This document shows, one piece after another, positions 36,786-50,244 of a stretch of DNA of 64,000 nt. The stretch covers positions 157,852,001-157,916,000 of the forward strand of contig OZ024740.1 of the NCBI GenBank assembly GCA_964016885.1, in the 5' to 3' direction. Both the position numbers and the translations under genes were made by a program. The first letter of the stretch is position 1. Each line of letters begins with the position of its first letter. Source of the stretch: Eledone cirrhosa. Taxonomy: Eukaryota. A model generated the notes under the pieces. That model did no database searches. It was not told the DNA's origin and was given only the letters and a program-made list of their open reading frames with translations.

Positions 36786-38539
36786 ATATAAATTGGGACA
36801 TAAATGGCTTACTGGCTTACTTTGAAAAAAAAATGAAAGCATAGTGATATTAATCTCTTCTCCAAAAGTAATATACAAACAATTCAAGTAAGTTTATATT
36901 GTTACATGATATGTTTGAAAAACCGCTGTCTGATTGCAATCATTCCATTATTATATTTAGTTTTTATCAGCAAGCTAATTGTGGCCCATATATACATAGT
37001 GAATGTCTATTAAACGACACTAAGAAGGTAAGGGTTGACATTTTAACCGATTGTTCGTGTTGTGAAAACGTCGGGGTTAATATTGTATACTGATACGATA
37101 TTGGAATTATATACATCGTGATAAACAGTAACAATGATAAACAGTAACAAACTTATAGAAATACTATAAACATCGTATATAAAACATAGAAATATACTTT
37201 TAATAAAATTATTTATAACAGGAGAAAGTTAAACGTAAATAGATATTTAATCAGACAATAAACATGAATGAATGATTAAAATAATTAGAAAACACTACAA
37301 ATATTTCAAAACGGGTAAGGAAAGGAAAAGAAAAATGTGAGGGAGAAGAAGGAGAATGATGGGCTCTGGGTCTAGGGCGCGGCGGTGTTGAGGCTGAGTC
37401 CCACGGACAAGACTTATATGGTGAAGGGATAGGTTACATACCCATGATGCTTAACTGCTTCTTTCCTCCCACTCATAGAAGTCTGTTATGTTTGAGGAGG
37501 AAATGAATGCAACACAGTTAAAACATCAACATCACAAGCATTGTCAAATGACTTAATAAATTCCTGTTTGTTTTCAATTAAAACGTCTTCTGATTTCTTA
37601 TACACGTTTTTATTTCACTGCTGACCGCCTTGCTACACAGGCTTAATAGCCCCACCAGGTTGGGACCAATGGGCTTGAAGAATGAGACGTGTTTTAGTTG
37701 TTTTATTTCGTTTGGGCTGCTTACGGATGAGATCAGTTAAGGCTCTAAGATGTTGATAATATTGCTGGACATCAGTTTCTCTTGACAAATCGACGTACGA
37801 AATGACGTTATCAAAGGTCTCTTATAACAGGGGAATTGAGTTTCTTTAACAATGGTTTGTCATCTTCATCAACCTAATTATCTCTTCTGTCACCAACGAG
37901 AACTTCATCCTTTATTTCTTATTTTGTTACCAATTGGTATCCAGGACCCCGCTCATTTAAAATTATGTGCTACTTTTATGCGTGATAAACAGCGATTTCT
38001 TGGAACAGAGATAATGCACGGGTAAGTGGGGGACATTGTCTTTCAAAACTCGCAGGCGTATTGATCTATCCAATACCATTAACTTTATATAGTACATTAC
38101 ATTTCGACTAGGTTCTCACAACAAAACGCAAAATGTTCCATGATTTATGACTAGGTATGATTTATGATCACCATTATACGCTTCCGTGTATAAACAGATA
38201 ACAATTTAGTTTTCTTCAACATTATATTGCAAAACAAACAAAAAAAAAACTGCTGTGAATTTGTTTTCTAGCATCTTATTATTTACAAACTCGTGCCACA
38301 GAATAAGCACTGGTATGTTTATATTTTCCAGCTTCTGATTCACAAATAGGATCACGTGCTTTTTCTTTGGATTTTTACTCTCTGTTTAAGCTATGGTATA
38401 AAATACGAGACTGAAATTTACTTAATCACTAAAATATCAAAGTAAATTGCAAGGCAATATAAGTTGTGTCATGTTGTATATGGATGCTTTTATCGTAATG
38501 TGCACTGGGCTACCATAATGATTGTACTAATCTGGCATA

Positions 38540-38863
38540 AGTCGATTTCGTAAGAGGTTGATGGTTCTTCTGGGCGGGTTGTTGGCCCTCCGTAGAATAG
38601 TCGGATGATGGGGCTGGCATCTTGGCAGCGAGCCGACACGCCGCGGGCCACTGTTGGTCTGGAACCACCCCTAGAGACCGGCTCGCCTAGGGTGGCCCTA
38701 CCAAGAGAAAAGCTCCAGACGGAACGCTCTTTCAGATTTACGGACGGAACACACAAGCCCTCTCGCCACGACAAGGCCAGACACAGCTCTATGCACGACG
38801 ATGCTTTGGGATCGATGTCTTAGGATGACCGGCCTCGTTGAGCAAGAGCAAGAAGAAGAAGAT
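38540..38863 (+). mobile_element. Short RTE-derived non-autonomous element with (AAG)n tail
   Basis: GC-rich island with RTE-5'UTR-like motifs GGGTGGCCCTACCA and CAAGCCCTCTCGCCACGACAAGG; ends GCAAGAAGAAGAAGA. Confidence 0.5.
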
Positions 38864-39132
38864 TCTTGCTTAAGTATCACTTAATTTAAGCACAAAACTT
38901 TAAGCTACTTCAAACTGATTTGATCTATGTTTCTGAGTCTGTATTATTAGAATGGATATCAAATTACGGTCAGATCATATCATGATACAGCAAGAACAAA
39001 ATGATTATACAAAAAATAAGTTTCAGTTAATAGATTTTCAACAAATTTATCCTTATAACTCCTCAAAAAGAAACGTAGTGTTTATTAGAGGGGAGTGTGA
39101 GAATGGATAAGAAGGAATACATTTTACATAAG

Positions 39133-39327
39133 CAGACCTGTCAACTCTCTCCGTCCGACGGGGAGCTCTCCCACCCACTTTGGGATGGGTGAGAGATGTT
39201 ATCTCTTGTGAAAATGAGTATAGCATTCATTAAGTAAAATCTCCCCAATTTGCCTAATTTCTCCTCGGTTTGGGGAATTTTTTTTCATGGTATTCCTCGT
39301 TTGGCTTTTTAGAGGTTGGCAGGTCTG
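39133..39327. mobile_element. hAT-like MITE, 195 bp, 6-bp TSD
   Basis: TIR CAGACCTGTCAAC / GTTGGCAGGTCTG; CATAAG duplicated at 39127-39132 and 39328-39333. Confidence 0.8.
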
Positions 39328-39826
39328 CATAAGTAACAAATTAAATATAGGGGTGTGGCTGTGATTAAATTCGGAGTGCAACAAAAGTGTTCATACTTCA
39401 TATGAGACAATATTATCAAGAAATAATTTAAAGGTCCAGTCGTGTAATATTGTCAAGCTGATTCGGCTTGGGAATTACGTTATGGGTACAAGTGTGTATG
39501 GAACACTCAGCTTCTTACTTGCTAATTCATGAACTGGACATTTATTTGATTGAATAACTGAATGCTCATCGTCGAAATCGGTGAAAGATCCATCAGCATG
39601 CAACGCAGAAAAAGTGTAACAGTTTGTACTGTAGTTAATAAAAGATAAAATATTATTTCCGTAGCTTATAACAGATGAAACAGCATTTGGAGTGTTGTTA
39701 ATAAAAGATAAAATATATGTTATATGTAATAAAAATTGAATTACAATATGTGCCGTTAATAACCATAGAAGAAATATTGGCTGCACTTCAGATAATTAAA
39801 GCTGAAATATAATTCCTACTGTAAAT

Positions 39827-40068
39827 CAGTAGTTCCCAAACTTGTTTTATTTTTCACAGAACTTTTAAACAATGTTTACCAATAATTGCGGAAACCATGC
39901 CTATATGTTACAGACAATTCCTCCCAACCTACTTTTAATAAGGTATTAAATGAAATGAAATGTTATTTTCGTGAGAAAATATAATCCTTTAAGTTTCTTT
40001 TAAATAAATTCATATGAAACTTTCCTAAAAGACACCTTATCTGGCGAAACCTACTTTGGGAAACATTA
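39827..40068. mobile_element. Degenerate hAT-type MITE
   Basis: CAGTAGTTCCCAAAC ... CTTTGGGAAACATT termini. Confidence 0.5.
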
Positions 40069-40077
40069 TTATAGATA

Positions 40078-40220
40078 ATGATTTCTAGTTTAGACATAGG
40101 GCTAAACATTTGGGTAAAGAGTAAAGTCGATTATATTGACCTCAGTATTTGACTGGTACTTTATTTTATCGACGTGGAAGGACGAAAGGCAAAGTTGACC
40201 TCGGCGGGATTTGAACCCAA
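40078..40220 (-). mobile_element. tRNA-SINE, older partial copy
   Basis: Tail and core reverse complement, including the B box. Confidence 0.65.
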
Positions 40221-41231
40221 AAGAGAAATATTATCTACACCACCGATTTCTTCTAGAAGGAGAAAAAGAAGAAGAATCATCCTCAGTATTGGAGTGGTAT
40301 TTATTGACCAGGAAAGGATAAAGGCGGGATTTAAATTCAGAGAGGCGAAACAATTACCGAGGCATTTTAATCCTGCGGCCTAACAACTCTTCCCCGCAGT
40401 AGCTTATGAAAAATGAATTATACATTTTGTAGATTACGAATCTTTCCGATCAAGTTACATTGAATAAGTCATGAAACGTGTTACACCACTCCCTCAGTTT
40501 ATTACAAGTTTCATTGAATCTAGTATTCAAATCGATTTAAAGCAGAGATGGGCACACGTATTGCATTTTACTGTAAATTAGTCATACACTGGTGTAGTGC
40601 ATTAAACATATTGAAGTTTTCTAATTATCCTAGTATTTTCTGATTCGCCTCAAACATTTGCGGTACACTTACAGAGCATGGCTCAGAAGTTTGCCACTGA
40701 TGTAAATAATATTTTCTAATAGAAATATAAAGTTACACATTTAAATAGAACGTATTTTTGTATATTTTATTGGCTGGTATTATAGATAATGAAAGAGACA
40801 ATATTATATGTGCTGTTGATAAAATAGGAATTACTATATGTGCTGTAGCTAATAAAACGAAAAATGTACGTGCTATAGCTTATAAAATTGGAATTATTAT
40901 GTGATATAACTAATAAAAAAAATATTACATATGCAATAGCTAATATCAGGAGAAATGTTATATGGGGTGATGTAGGTGATAACAGGAGAATTTTATCCGT
41001 CATGCAGTTTTGTGGTAAGGTGAAGAATTGGTAGTATTTTTAGAATGTTGGATGGTATTCGTACCGGTTCTCTATAGTATGAGTTCAAATCGCACTGAAG
41101 TCAACTTCGCCGTCTGTCCCAGAAAGCCTCGTTTTCGGCAGTGTAGGAGCGCTTCCTTTTCAAAGCCGAAATACCGAATAAATTAATTTTTGATTCATCA
41201 ACAATACTAAAAATTCACAATACACAAATAT

Positions 41232-41450
41232 AATGATTTCTACTTTAGACACAAGGCCAGTAATTTGAAGGGGACGGGAAAGTCGATTAAATCGACCTCA
41301 GTGCATTACTGGTACTTTATTTTATCGACCCCGTAAAGATGAAAAGCAAAGTTAACCTCGGCGGGTTTTGAACCCATAACGTAAAGGGCCATAACTCTAT
41401 GTCGCTAAGCATGTTTCCCGACGCTCTGTTGATTCTGCCAATCCACCGAC
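41232..41450 (-). mobile_element. tRNA-derived SINE (main family)
   Basis: Full reverse-complement copy. Confidence 0.82.
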
Positions 41451-41667
41451 TTGACAATACACAAATATAATAAAAGCATGTTGGCAAACCTGATTATTTT
41501 CACATGCCTAAAGGTTTCGTGCAGTTAACATTAACGGACTGTTTATCAAGGAATCTAAATTAATTTCAGATATACTAAATGAGTGTGGTCAGACGCACAT
41601 AAACTTTAGGTCTGTTGAAATAATCAGATTCACACAAACACAAATTTATATACATATTTACAAACAA

Positions 41668-42008
41668 CCTCTTCAGTCACGAATGACCATGGGTTTTGCA
41701 CCTTGAAAATTTCCCTCCAAGTGCCGAGGCACAATACCGGACATTGCATTTTTGTAGAAGACTAGCAGTCCCCATGCATGGCAGTCTCCCCTCTCTACAT
41801 CACCGCACCGCTGTTGTCCAAGGAAAAAGCAAAGACCGATACAGCTTGGCACCAGTGATGTCGCAACTCATTTCTACAGCTGAGTGAACTGGAGCAACGG
41901 GAAATAAAGAGTCTTGCTCAAGGACACAACGCATCATCTGGGGCAGGTTCAAACTACTAATCTCACAATTATGAATCCAACTCTCTAACCATTAAGCCAC
42001 GCGCCTTC
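41668..42008 (-). mobile_element. Second tRNA-SINE family, full copy
   Basis: Head and core as at 2965-3085; its 3' half matches 49022-49180 in the opposite orientation. Confidence 0.7.
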
Positions 42009-42079
42009 ACAAACACACACAGATGCATGCATACATAGATACATACTTACATACATACACGCGCACACATACATACAGT

Positions 42080-42252
<173 letters not shown>

Positions 42253-42816
42253 AAAAGGGAAATAGAAATAACAAAGCAAACGACACAATAAATTGATGAA
42301 ATATATTATTAGTTTTACACTTGATATAGTAGGAAAAGAATTTTAACGTATCGGACGTTAGTCCTTCCTCAGAAAAAAGAATGAGAAATTAAAGAAGAAA
42401 TAGAAAGTTAGAGGAGACTCTGTAGTTGTAGAAACGAAATAATTGTTTCTAGAGAGAAAAAAACAGGTCTATTTACGTTTCCAGCTCTTGGAACACTGTT
42501 GATAAGGTTTTGTGTAAGATGATCTTATTTTAAAAGGCGGTGATCGAAAGCATCTAGTTGAAAAGGAAAAACTCGTTTGGTATATAGGGCGTGTTCTTGT
42601 CTGTGTGTGTGTCTGTCTGTTAGTTGTTGGTCTGTACAGAGCAGTGAACGTAAGTGTAGAGGTGTGTGTGTTTATGCATATATATATATATACACTTCAC
42701 ACAAAGTAAAACATTTCGTTTTAATCATTTTCTAACCCCCCAGAAAAGAGAGAGAGAGAAACAAAAAAGGAAAAAATATATATTTGTCTTCCTAATAATC
42801 GTCTCTTTCTCCCTAT

Positions 42817-42940
<124 letters not shown>

Positions 42941-42965
42941 ATGTATGTATATATATGTATGCATA

Positions 42966-43895
42966 TCAGGTCGCTCATCAGCGCTACTGGTAACATGTAA
43001 CCCAGTACAACTTGTGCATGGTCGGTTCGTCGGCGATCAAACCAGTAAGCCCACCAAACTTGCTTGGTGAGGAGGGTGATTTTGGAGATCTAGCGGGATG
43101 AAAAACAAAACTCGTCAAAGGGTGGAGGAACTCGGGATGTTAACGGCCTTCCGTTAATTTGTTTTTTTAGTGGGTGTGACAGTGGAGTATGAGACCTCTC
43201 GTCTTCATTAAGACATCTCTCTAGTAGGTCACTCTAATATAAAACCTGAGGCTTCGTCTGTATCCAATGATGTAGACCCGTTCTTCTTTTTAAGTAAATG
43301 TATTCGATGTTCAGAGAGTGGGATTAGCTCCGTGCAAAGCTATTCGCCACTTAAAAGTTTCAAGCCCAGGCTTGATACGTGACATCTTCTTAATTATCAA
43401 GCGATAGCATTACCCGATATCTAGTTTCAGGCATTATGCATGTATGTATGTATGTCGGCGACTAAACCGGCAACCCCCACCAAGATTACTTGGTGAGGAG
43501 GGTGATTTTGGACAAAAAACAAGACCTGACAAAGGGCGGAAGAACTCATAAGAGTCAACGGCCATCCGAAAGTGTGTAAATATGTATATACACATGTACC
43601 GCATGGTTAAACCACTTGGAGTGAAGGACCCCTAGCCTTTGTCAGGGCATTCTTCTAGGAGAAGGTATCTCAGGAAACTGGGATAACTCCGATATAAAAC
43701 CTGATGTTGATCTTTTCTTCTTTTCGGGTTATAGCTACTGTCGCTCAGAGAGTGGGATTGGTTCAGTGCAGAGTCTTTCCTCACTTTAAAAAATATCTTC
43801 ATGCACAGGCATTGCATGATAGAATTAATTAATAATTATTAATAATGGTATATCATGCAATGGCCATACTCGATAACGAGGGAGCAGCCATCGTC
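42966..43895 (+). mobile_element. Two older, diverged relatives of the 607-bp RTE-derived element in tandem, separated by (TATG)n
   Basis: TCAGGTCGCTC...CTTGGTGAGGAGGGTGAT at about 42966-43440; GGCGACTAAAC...CTCGATAACGAG at about 43454-43895. Confidence 0.7.
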
Positions 43896-43911
43896 ATGTA
43901 TGTATGTATGT

Positions 43912-46900
43912 AAGTTCTTCTGGTTTTATAATTTCATAAATTTATGCCAATAGAGAGAGAGTCGGTTTCTAACATAGACACAAGACTCTCTCATTGGAAT
44001 TTACACAACCTCAACTAGGTAGATATGTATGAATGTCTGCATGCATGCATGTGTAGATATGGATGTTATTGTATGTGTGGATGTGGATGTTTTGAGTTGT
44101 ATGTGTGCGTGCATGTGTATATGCTTAGTATCTGTACATGTGTATATGCAGTTATTAGATGCAACATTTTTGGAATGTTTTACATATTTTTACTGTTCCA
44201 TTAATGGATTGTACTTGCAATTTCCTAACTAGTTGTATTCTTTCTGTTCCTGTGAAGCCTAGTTTCTCAAGATTTGTATTGAGGCAGTTACTAACATATC
44301 CCAGTGCCCCAATAATCACAAGCATAAATCTGAAGGCATAATCAGGGTGGAGTATCTGCAGATTTCTCATCAGTTCTGCATAAATATTCTCCTTTTCGCT
44401 AATCTTTGATATTATATTGGCATCTGCTGGGCAGCTAACTTCCACTACTGTGCATGCCTTCTTTTCCCTGTCCCATATCATAATATCTGGTCTGTTATGC
44501 CTATATTTTATAGGGTTTTACTGGAACATTCCACCAGTACTCTTTCATATTATGTATATATGTATGTCTTCCACATTGCTGTAGCTTTTAATGTGTTTAT
44601 TATTGCTGTAGCTTTTAATATGTTTATGACATGAGTGACATCTTCGATGTTAATTCTGCACTTATTATCACATCTAGGTGTTTTGCCTGCATCCCTATCT
44701 CTTTTGCGAATCTGGTATTTCGTGTTGATTTCCTGTCCTTGGATTGCAAAAGCGTATCCTTCAAAGTGGGAGCCAATATAGCGGTTGTTGATTCAAGATA
44801 GACTACTTTCTTTATCTATATTACTCTCACTCTGGAGCTTCCTGGCAACATATCCATGCATGATTTTTTGCTGATAAGCGTGCAGTTTTTCATCCATGGA
44901 TTCACTGCGATACTGCTGAGCAACTTCGCTGGGTGCGAGTTTTTGATTATCACACAGGAAATACCTCTCGAGGAGTTCCTTCCCAACTCTCGTGATCTTA
45001 TCTGTTTCATGCAGATAGACTTTCTCGAGAGACGGGCCCCTACGCTTCGAGGTTCTTAGATGTTGTCGGAGGGATATGATGCGACATTCAAATGCTGTCT
45101 GTTTTGTTTTGTTTTGTTTTGCGCAGTGTTCCGATGACCAAATCTTTCTCAATCAGGTGTAGTATTCCCTGGTTACGCGTTCCTTATTACATATACCATT
45201 ATAGGATATGTTCTTATCTATCCCCAGGTATCTGTAGCAGTCCTCATCAGATATCGGTGAAACAGTTAGGCCATTGATGACAACGTTGCTCTATTGGGTT
45301 GTTGTTTTTCCCCGCTTTACAGTCATATATGACCATTTATCTTGGCCAAACTCCATTCCTATATCCTTTGAGAACGTTGTAACCAGGTCAAGATTTTTCT
45401 TCATCCCATCCATGTTCTTGGTATAGAGTTTCAGATCGTCCACAAAGAAATTATGGGTTAGGTTCGTATTTCTGTCGTCCTGTGAGCCAATGATGTATCC
45501 CTCACATTTCTTGAGCTGAAAGAACAAGGGGTTTAATGACAGGATGAATAATATCACAGAGAGACTGTCTCCCTGAAATATACCCCGGCGATATTTTATT
45601 TTATCAGTGAAAATAGAGTCCTCCTTCTTTGTCTTTAACATTAGGATAGGAGCCCAAGAAGAAGACAGCTTCTGTATGGCTTTGAAAATAATGTCTGAGA
45701 CTTTAGCAAGTTGGAGGGCCTCTATCATCCAAGAGTGGGGTACAGAATCGAAAGCTTTCCTGTAGTCCAGCCAGGCTGTAGCCATATTCCTCCTAAGTTG
45801 TCGCACTTCCGACATCGCAGTTTTGTTGATTAGGAGTTGTTCAGCACATCCCCAAACTCCTTTATTTCCAGCTGCTTGTTCATCTGTGATGATGTTATTA
45901 TTTTCACAGTGATCTTGGAGGAATAGGTTAAGGCAGGCTGTATACATCTTATACATCAGGTTCTGGCATGCAATGGGACGGTAGTTTTTTGCCAGGTAGG
46001 CGTCTTTGTTCTTGGGGACCAGTAATGTTTGTGCTAATGTCAACCAATCTGGTATAAGTGTATCTCCCTTAAGAACTTGTTGGTAAAGGTCGGTAAGATA
46101 CCTCCGATAGATAATCAGTTTTTTGTACCAGTACCGACAATCATGTCTCCTCCCGGTGTTTTCTTATAGACTGATATTTGGTTTCGTCTGAATCTTTTAT
46201 TAAGCAATTTTCTTTCATCTACCTTCTTCAGGTATCGGCGTTTTTTGCTAACAGCTCTCAATTCTTCTTCGAGGGTGATCAGCTTATATTGAAGAGTTCT
46301 GGTTCTACTGTTACCAAACATCGTCTCTATTTTATTTTTTACTCTTTGTTGGTGAGGAGTGAAGTTTTTTTGTGTTTTATTTTGTATGTAAGGATATCCT
46401 ATGGTTTTTCGTAGGTCAACAATATTTTTTTCTATTTTAGTTATATATGATGGTATTTTTGGTGGTGTTTTGTTCTTTTTAATATCTCTGCTATCACCAA
46501 GATAATGTTTCACTGTCATTGCTAAGGCATATAGACAGGCGTTGATTTGCTAAAATGTTGGGGGTTTTATCCGCCGTAAATATTCATCCCCTATTTCGTC
46601 AATAACACGTAATATTTCATTATTTTTAGGGCGGTGAATTGGCAGTATCGGTAGAGGGTCGGACACCATGCTTTCGAGCATAGTTACGTCCCTTTACGGT
46701 CTGAGTTCAAATCCCGCCGAGGTTAACGTTGCCTTTCATCCTTATGGGGTCGATAAAATAAAGTACCAGTAATGTACTGGGTAATTTGCTGGCCTTGTGC
46801 CAAAAGTAGAAACAATTATTTTTTAAAAATTAAATATTGTTGTTTTAATACGTTCAGCAAGAGAAATGTTTATACATGAATTAATTTCTCTCTGGAAAAT

Positions 46901-47850
46901 TTCGTTGAGGGAAATTTTCAATTGTTTATACTTTTGATTATTATCATTATCGATAGTATTTTCCACAATAGCCGAGGTAGACTCGAATGGAAGACGAGGT
47001 GTCATATTTCTTCAATTATTATTATTATTTCTTCGATTATTATTATTATCGATAGTGTTTTCCCCAGTATTCGACGCAGACTCAGATGGTACACGTGGTG
47101 TCAAATTTTTTAGATTATTATTATTATTTCTTCGATTATTATTATTATCGATAGTGTTTTCCCCAGCATTCGAGGTAGACTTAGATAGTACACGTAGTGT
47201 CAAGCTTCTTACAGGCATAGTTGTTTCAAAGCACTGTTCGACCTGGCTGCTAGGAAGTCTAGTAACATGGCGTCGTGTAGCACGTGTTGTTGATAACATG
47301 TTTGTTGTGGGGGACTTACAATTAATAATATTTATCTTATTTTTACGTTCAACAAACGTCGCTTGTTGACGTAATTGTTTCGCTGTGAAGTGATTTAGCT
47401 CTGGATGTATTTCGTCCCAGTGTAGCTTCATTCTGTTCATATAGAGAATGGAGGGATTGTTTTTTGCCATTTTATAACAATTAAATAAATCATCATTAAG
47501 TTCGCAACTCCAAGAGAAATGCGACTTATAATTTCGGTTTCTTCTGTAGCTACAACTGAATAAATTTTGTTTACCTTTCTCGTTGTTTTTCTTCGGTACT
47601 TCCTTAATCTTGTTGTTGTTGATGTTGTGTTCAGCCATGCTGTTTGTAACAAAACCTTGTAAAATGAATTATGTATTTAGTCGGATATCTCTACGAATTC
47701 GAATAAAAGGTGTCTTCAATAGATATAGTTAAAAGAAAATCCAGTTATTCAACATGACTGGTAGTTGTGGCATTACTGTCGGAGATAGTATTCATCTTAA
47801 ATTTAATGAATAGTCTCCCACACCAAAATATGTGACTGATCGCGTTGACT
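43912..47850 (-). mobile_element. Decayed R4/Dong-type RLE retrotransposon flanked by (TATG)n
   Basis: NYRPIAC, LDYRKAFDSVPH, GIFQGDSLS, FVDD (45291-46043); RPDI..VEVSCP..IIGALG (44155-44500); N-terminal WSCELNDDLFNCY; deletions, frameshifts and a SINE insertion. Confidence 0.88.
46629..46820 (+). mobile_element. Young tRNA-derived SINE nested in the Dong-type element
   Basis: A box TGGCAGTATCGG, B box GAGTTCAAATCC; ATTATTTTT on both sides is a probable TSD. Confidence 0.88.
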
Positions 47851-47851
47851 G

Positions 47852-47883
<32 letters not shown>

Positions 47884-47897
47884 TGTATGTATGTATG

Positions 47898-47928
<31 letters not shown>

Positions 47929-47963
47929 CATGTTTGTTGTGGGGGACTTACAATTACGACTCT

Positions 47964-48518
47964 CATGGTCGGGTCGTTGGCGACTAAACTGGCAACCCCA
48001 CCAAGGTTTCTTGGTGAGGAGGGTGACTTTGGACATCCTGCAGGACTAAAAACAAAACCTGTCAAAGGGCAAAGGAGCTCTTAAGAATCAATGGCCATCC
48101 AAAATCACCGGGAGAGATGACCCCTTAGCCTTTGTCAAGGCAGAATTCTAGGAGAAGGAAAACTCTGATATAACACCTGCAACCCTGATGGTATCCAATG
48201 ATGTTGACTTGTTCTTCTTTTTGGTACATATCATCTTGTTTAAGAGAGTGGGACTGGCTTTGTGCAGTGCCTTTGCTCACTATAAAAGCTTCACAACACA
48301 GGCATTGCTTTATATCTGGAGATCTCTCTGCACTTGTCATCAGATGGTACCATGGGCCCAGCACTATGTGTCAATAATTGTCACAAGTGTAGTGTTTGTA
48401 CCAGAGTTTTCAAATCGCTGGCTGGACTAAAAAGTCACACTCGTTCAGCGCATCCGTAGGGGTTCTCCTACATGGATATAAAGTAGTGGCCGTACTCGAA
48501 AGCGAGTTGGCAGCCACC
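47964..48518 (+). mobile_element. 607-bp RTE-derived element, slightly 5'-truncated copy 3
   Basis: Near-identical to copies 1 and 2; (TATG)n tail. Confidence 0.85.
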
Positions 48519-49021
48519 ATGTATGTATGTATGTATGTATGTATGTGTGTGTGTGTGTGTGTGTGTGTATGAATTTATGCATTGCGTAAAACTTTCCAAA
48601 TAATTCAGATCAATCGATATGGTACGTGACACCACTTGTTGTTTTTTAGATTTGAACAAACCTACAGGAAGATTTCGTCGTCGATTTTGCAAGGATAATC
48701 TTGGTTGATTGAAGTTTTCTGCTCACCGCATTTAGCGTGTGAGTCAGTACTTCGTGTATGTACACATGCATGCGTGATTGTGTGTGTGCATGTGTGTGTG
48801 CATGCAGGCTTGCAATTATGTTTGTGTGTAGTGCTTGCGTGCTCGTATGCGTGCGTCTGTATTTGTGTGTGTGTGTTTATTTATTCTTTTTGTTTTTTCT
48901 TCTTTTACTGGTACAGTAATTAAATGTCTGATATGCTGAGAGTTACCTTGATTTAGTGGATCATATCAACTTCGGTATTTCTTTCTTCAAGTCAGGTACT
49001 TACTATATATATATATATATT

Positions 49022-49180
49022 ATTTGCCTTTCCCTTGGACAACATCGGTGGCGTGGAGAGGAGAGACTAGTATGCATGGGCGACTGCTGGTCTTCCACAA
49101 ACAACCTTTCCCGAACTTGTGTCTCGGAGGGGAACTTTCTAGGTGCAAATGCTATGGTCATTTATGACCGAAGGGGGTCA
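49022..49180 (+). mobile_element. 3' half of second SINE family
   Basis: Reverse-complement match to 41668-41833. Confidence 0.6.
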
Positions 49181-49345
49181 TTAACCTGTATGTATTTCTG
49201 TGCGTATGCTTGTTTGTATGTGCGTGCGTGTCTGCATTAGTGTACGTGTGCGCGTGCCTGGATTACTTTGTTCATATATATGTATACGTAAATGCTAACT
49301 TCTTTTTCTTTTTCTTTTCATTTTACAGGTATTTATTAATAGAGG

Positions 49346-49524
49346 TATCGTATTTCCCGGCGTCGAAGACGCTACTTCTTTCCTAAAATAAGTTCCAAAA
49401 ATCTACCATGCGTCCTAGAAGCCGAAGGTTGCTTATTATTTTTTTTTTTTTTTCAGATTCTTCGTTGTCAAAATTAGGGTGCGTCCTCGAGGGCGAAACG
49501 TCTGCGGCGCCGGGAAATACGATA
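49346..49524. mobile_element. Tc1/mariner/pogo-type MITE
   Basis: Terminal inverted repeat TATCGTATTTCCCGGCG / CGCCGGGAAATACGATA including TA ends. Confidence 0.75.
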
Positions 49525-49939
49525 ATTACTTTCTATTTGAAAGTACGTTGTAAGGGAACAAACTGCATCTGTTCCTAATGTCAGGGGAAATAACTTTGCT
49601 TCGCTAAAATCGATAACTGTGGCTACAACCATCAGTATACATATACTTTTTTTTTTGCTATATGTTTATGCGTACACAAAAAGTTCACAATGGTGAAAAT
49701 AAGTAGAGAAAAGAAGTAGATGTTGATTACTCACTTCGACAATACACACATGCTAGAGCATGTATGTATATACCTATATATGCCATAGGAGTTGCTAAAG
49801 ACGATTTTCAATTTCTATATTAAAACCTTCTAAGACATCGACTATTCGCATGGAGTAAAAATGTTGCCAAGTCGTCAATTTTAACAATGTTATATTTTTA
49901 ATGCCTTTTTCATATGTATTTTATAACGTTTTATGGAAT

Positions 49940-50050
49940 TTATTGGAGCGCTGCTCTTCAACATTTTGTGGAAGGGACTGTTCCTCTAGTGAGGCACTCT
50001 ATCTGCTGCCAACACTCTATACGTGGAGGGATTGGGCATGCCGTGACAAA
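49940..50050 (+). pseudogene. Old Tx1 ORF2 fragment
   Basis: Frameshifted LER..LWKG.VPLVRHSICCQH..RGG.GMP, homologous to the ORF2s in this window. Confidence 0.65.
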
Positions 50051-50244
50051 CATACGCCAGGACTACGACATCTCCAGTTCTTTCTTCACTCTCTTCTTTC
50101 ATTCATTAGGTGCTACTACATTAGGAGATTTCAGTGTGTTGAGGTCTCTAACTTTTGACATGATGTTACCCCTTACATTTTGAGGTACCAACCTAGGTTG
50201 TTTCCTTCGCTTTCACACAACTTATTAGTCCTCTAATTATTAAG

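Noticed and set aside
40770-41000. ~30-bp periodic AT-rich repeats (also 39620-39780), superficially array-like
   Set aside because: Degenerate minisatellite without unique spacers; eukaryotic context with no cas genes
46629-46720. tRNA genes at A/B-box motifs
   Set aside because: These are SINE heads: no cloverleaf, and followed by SINE core and tail
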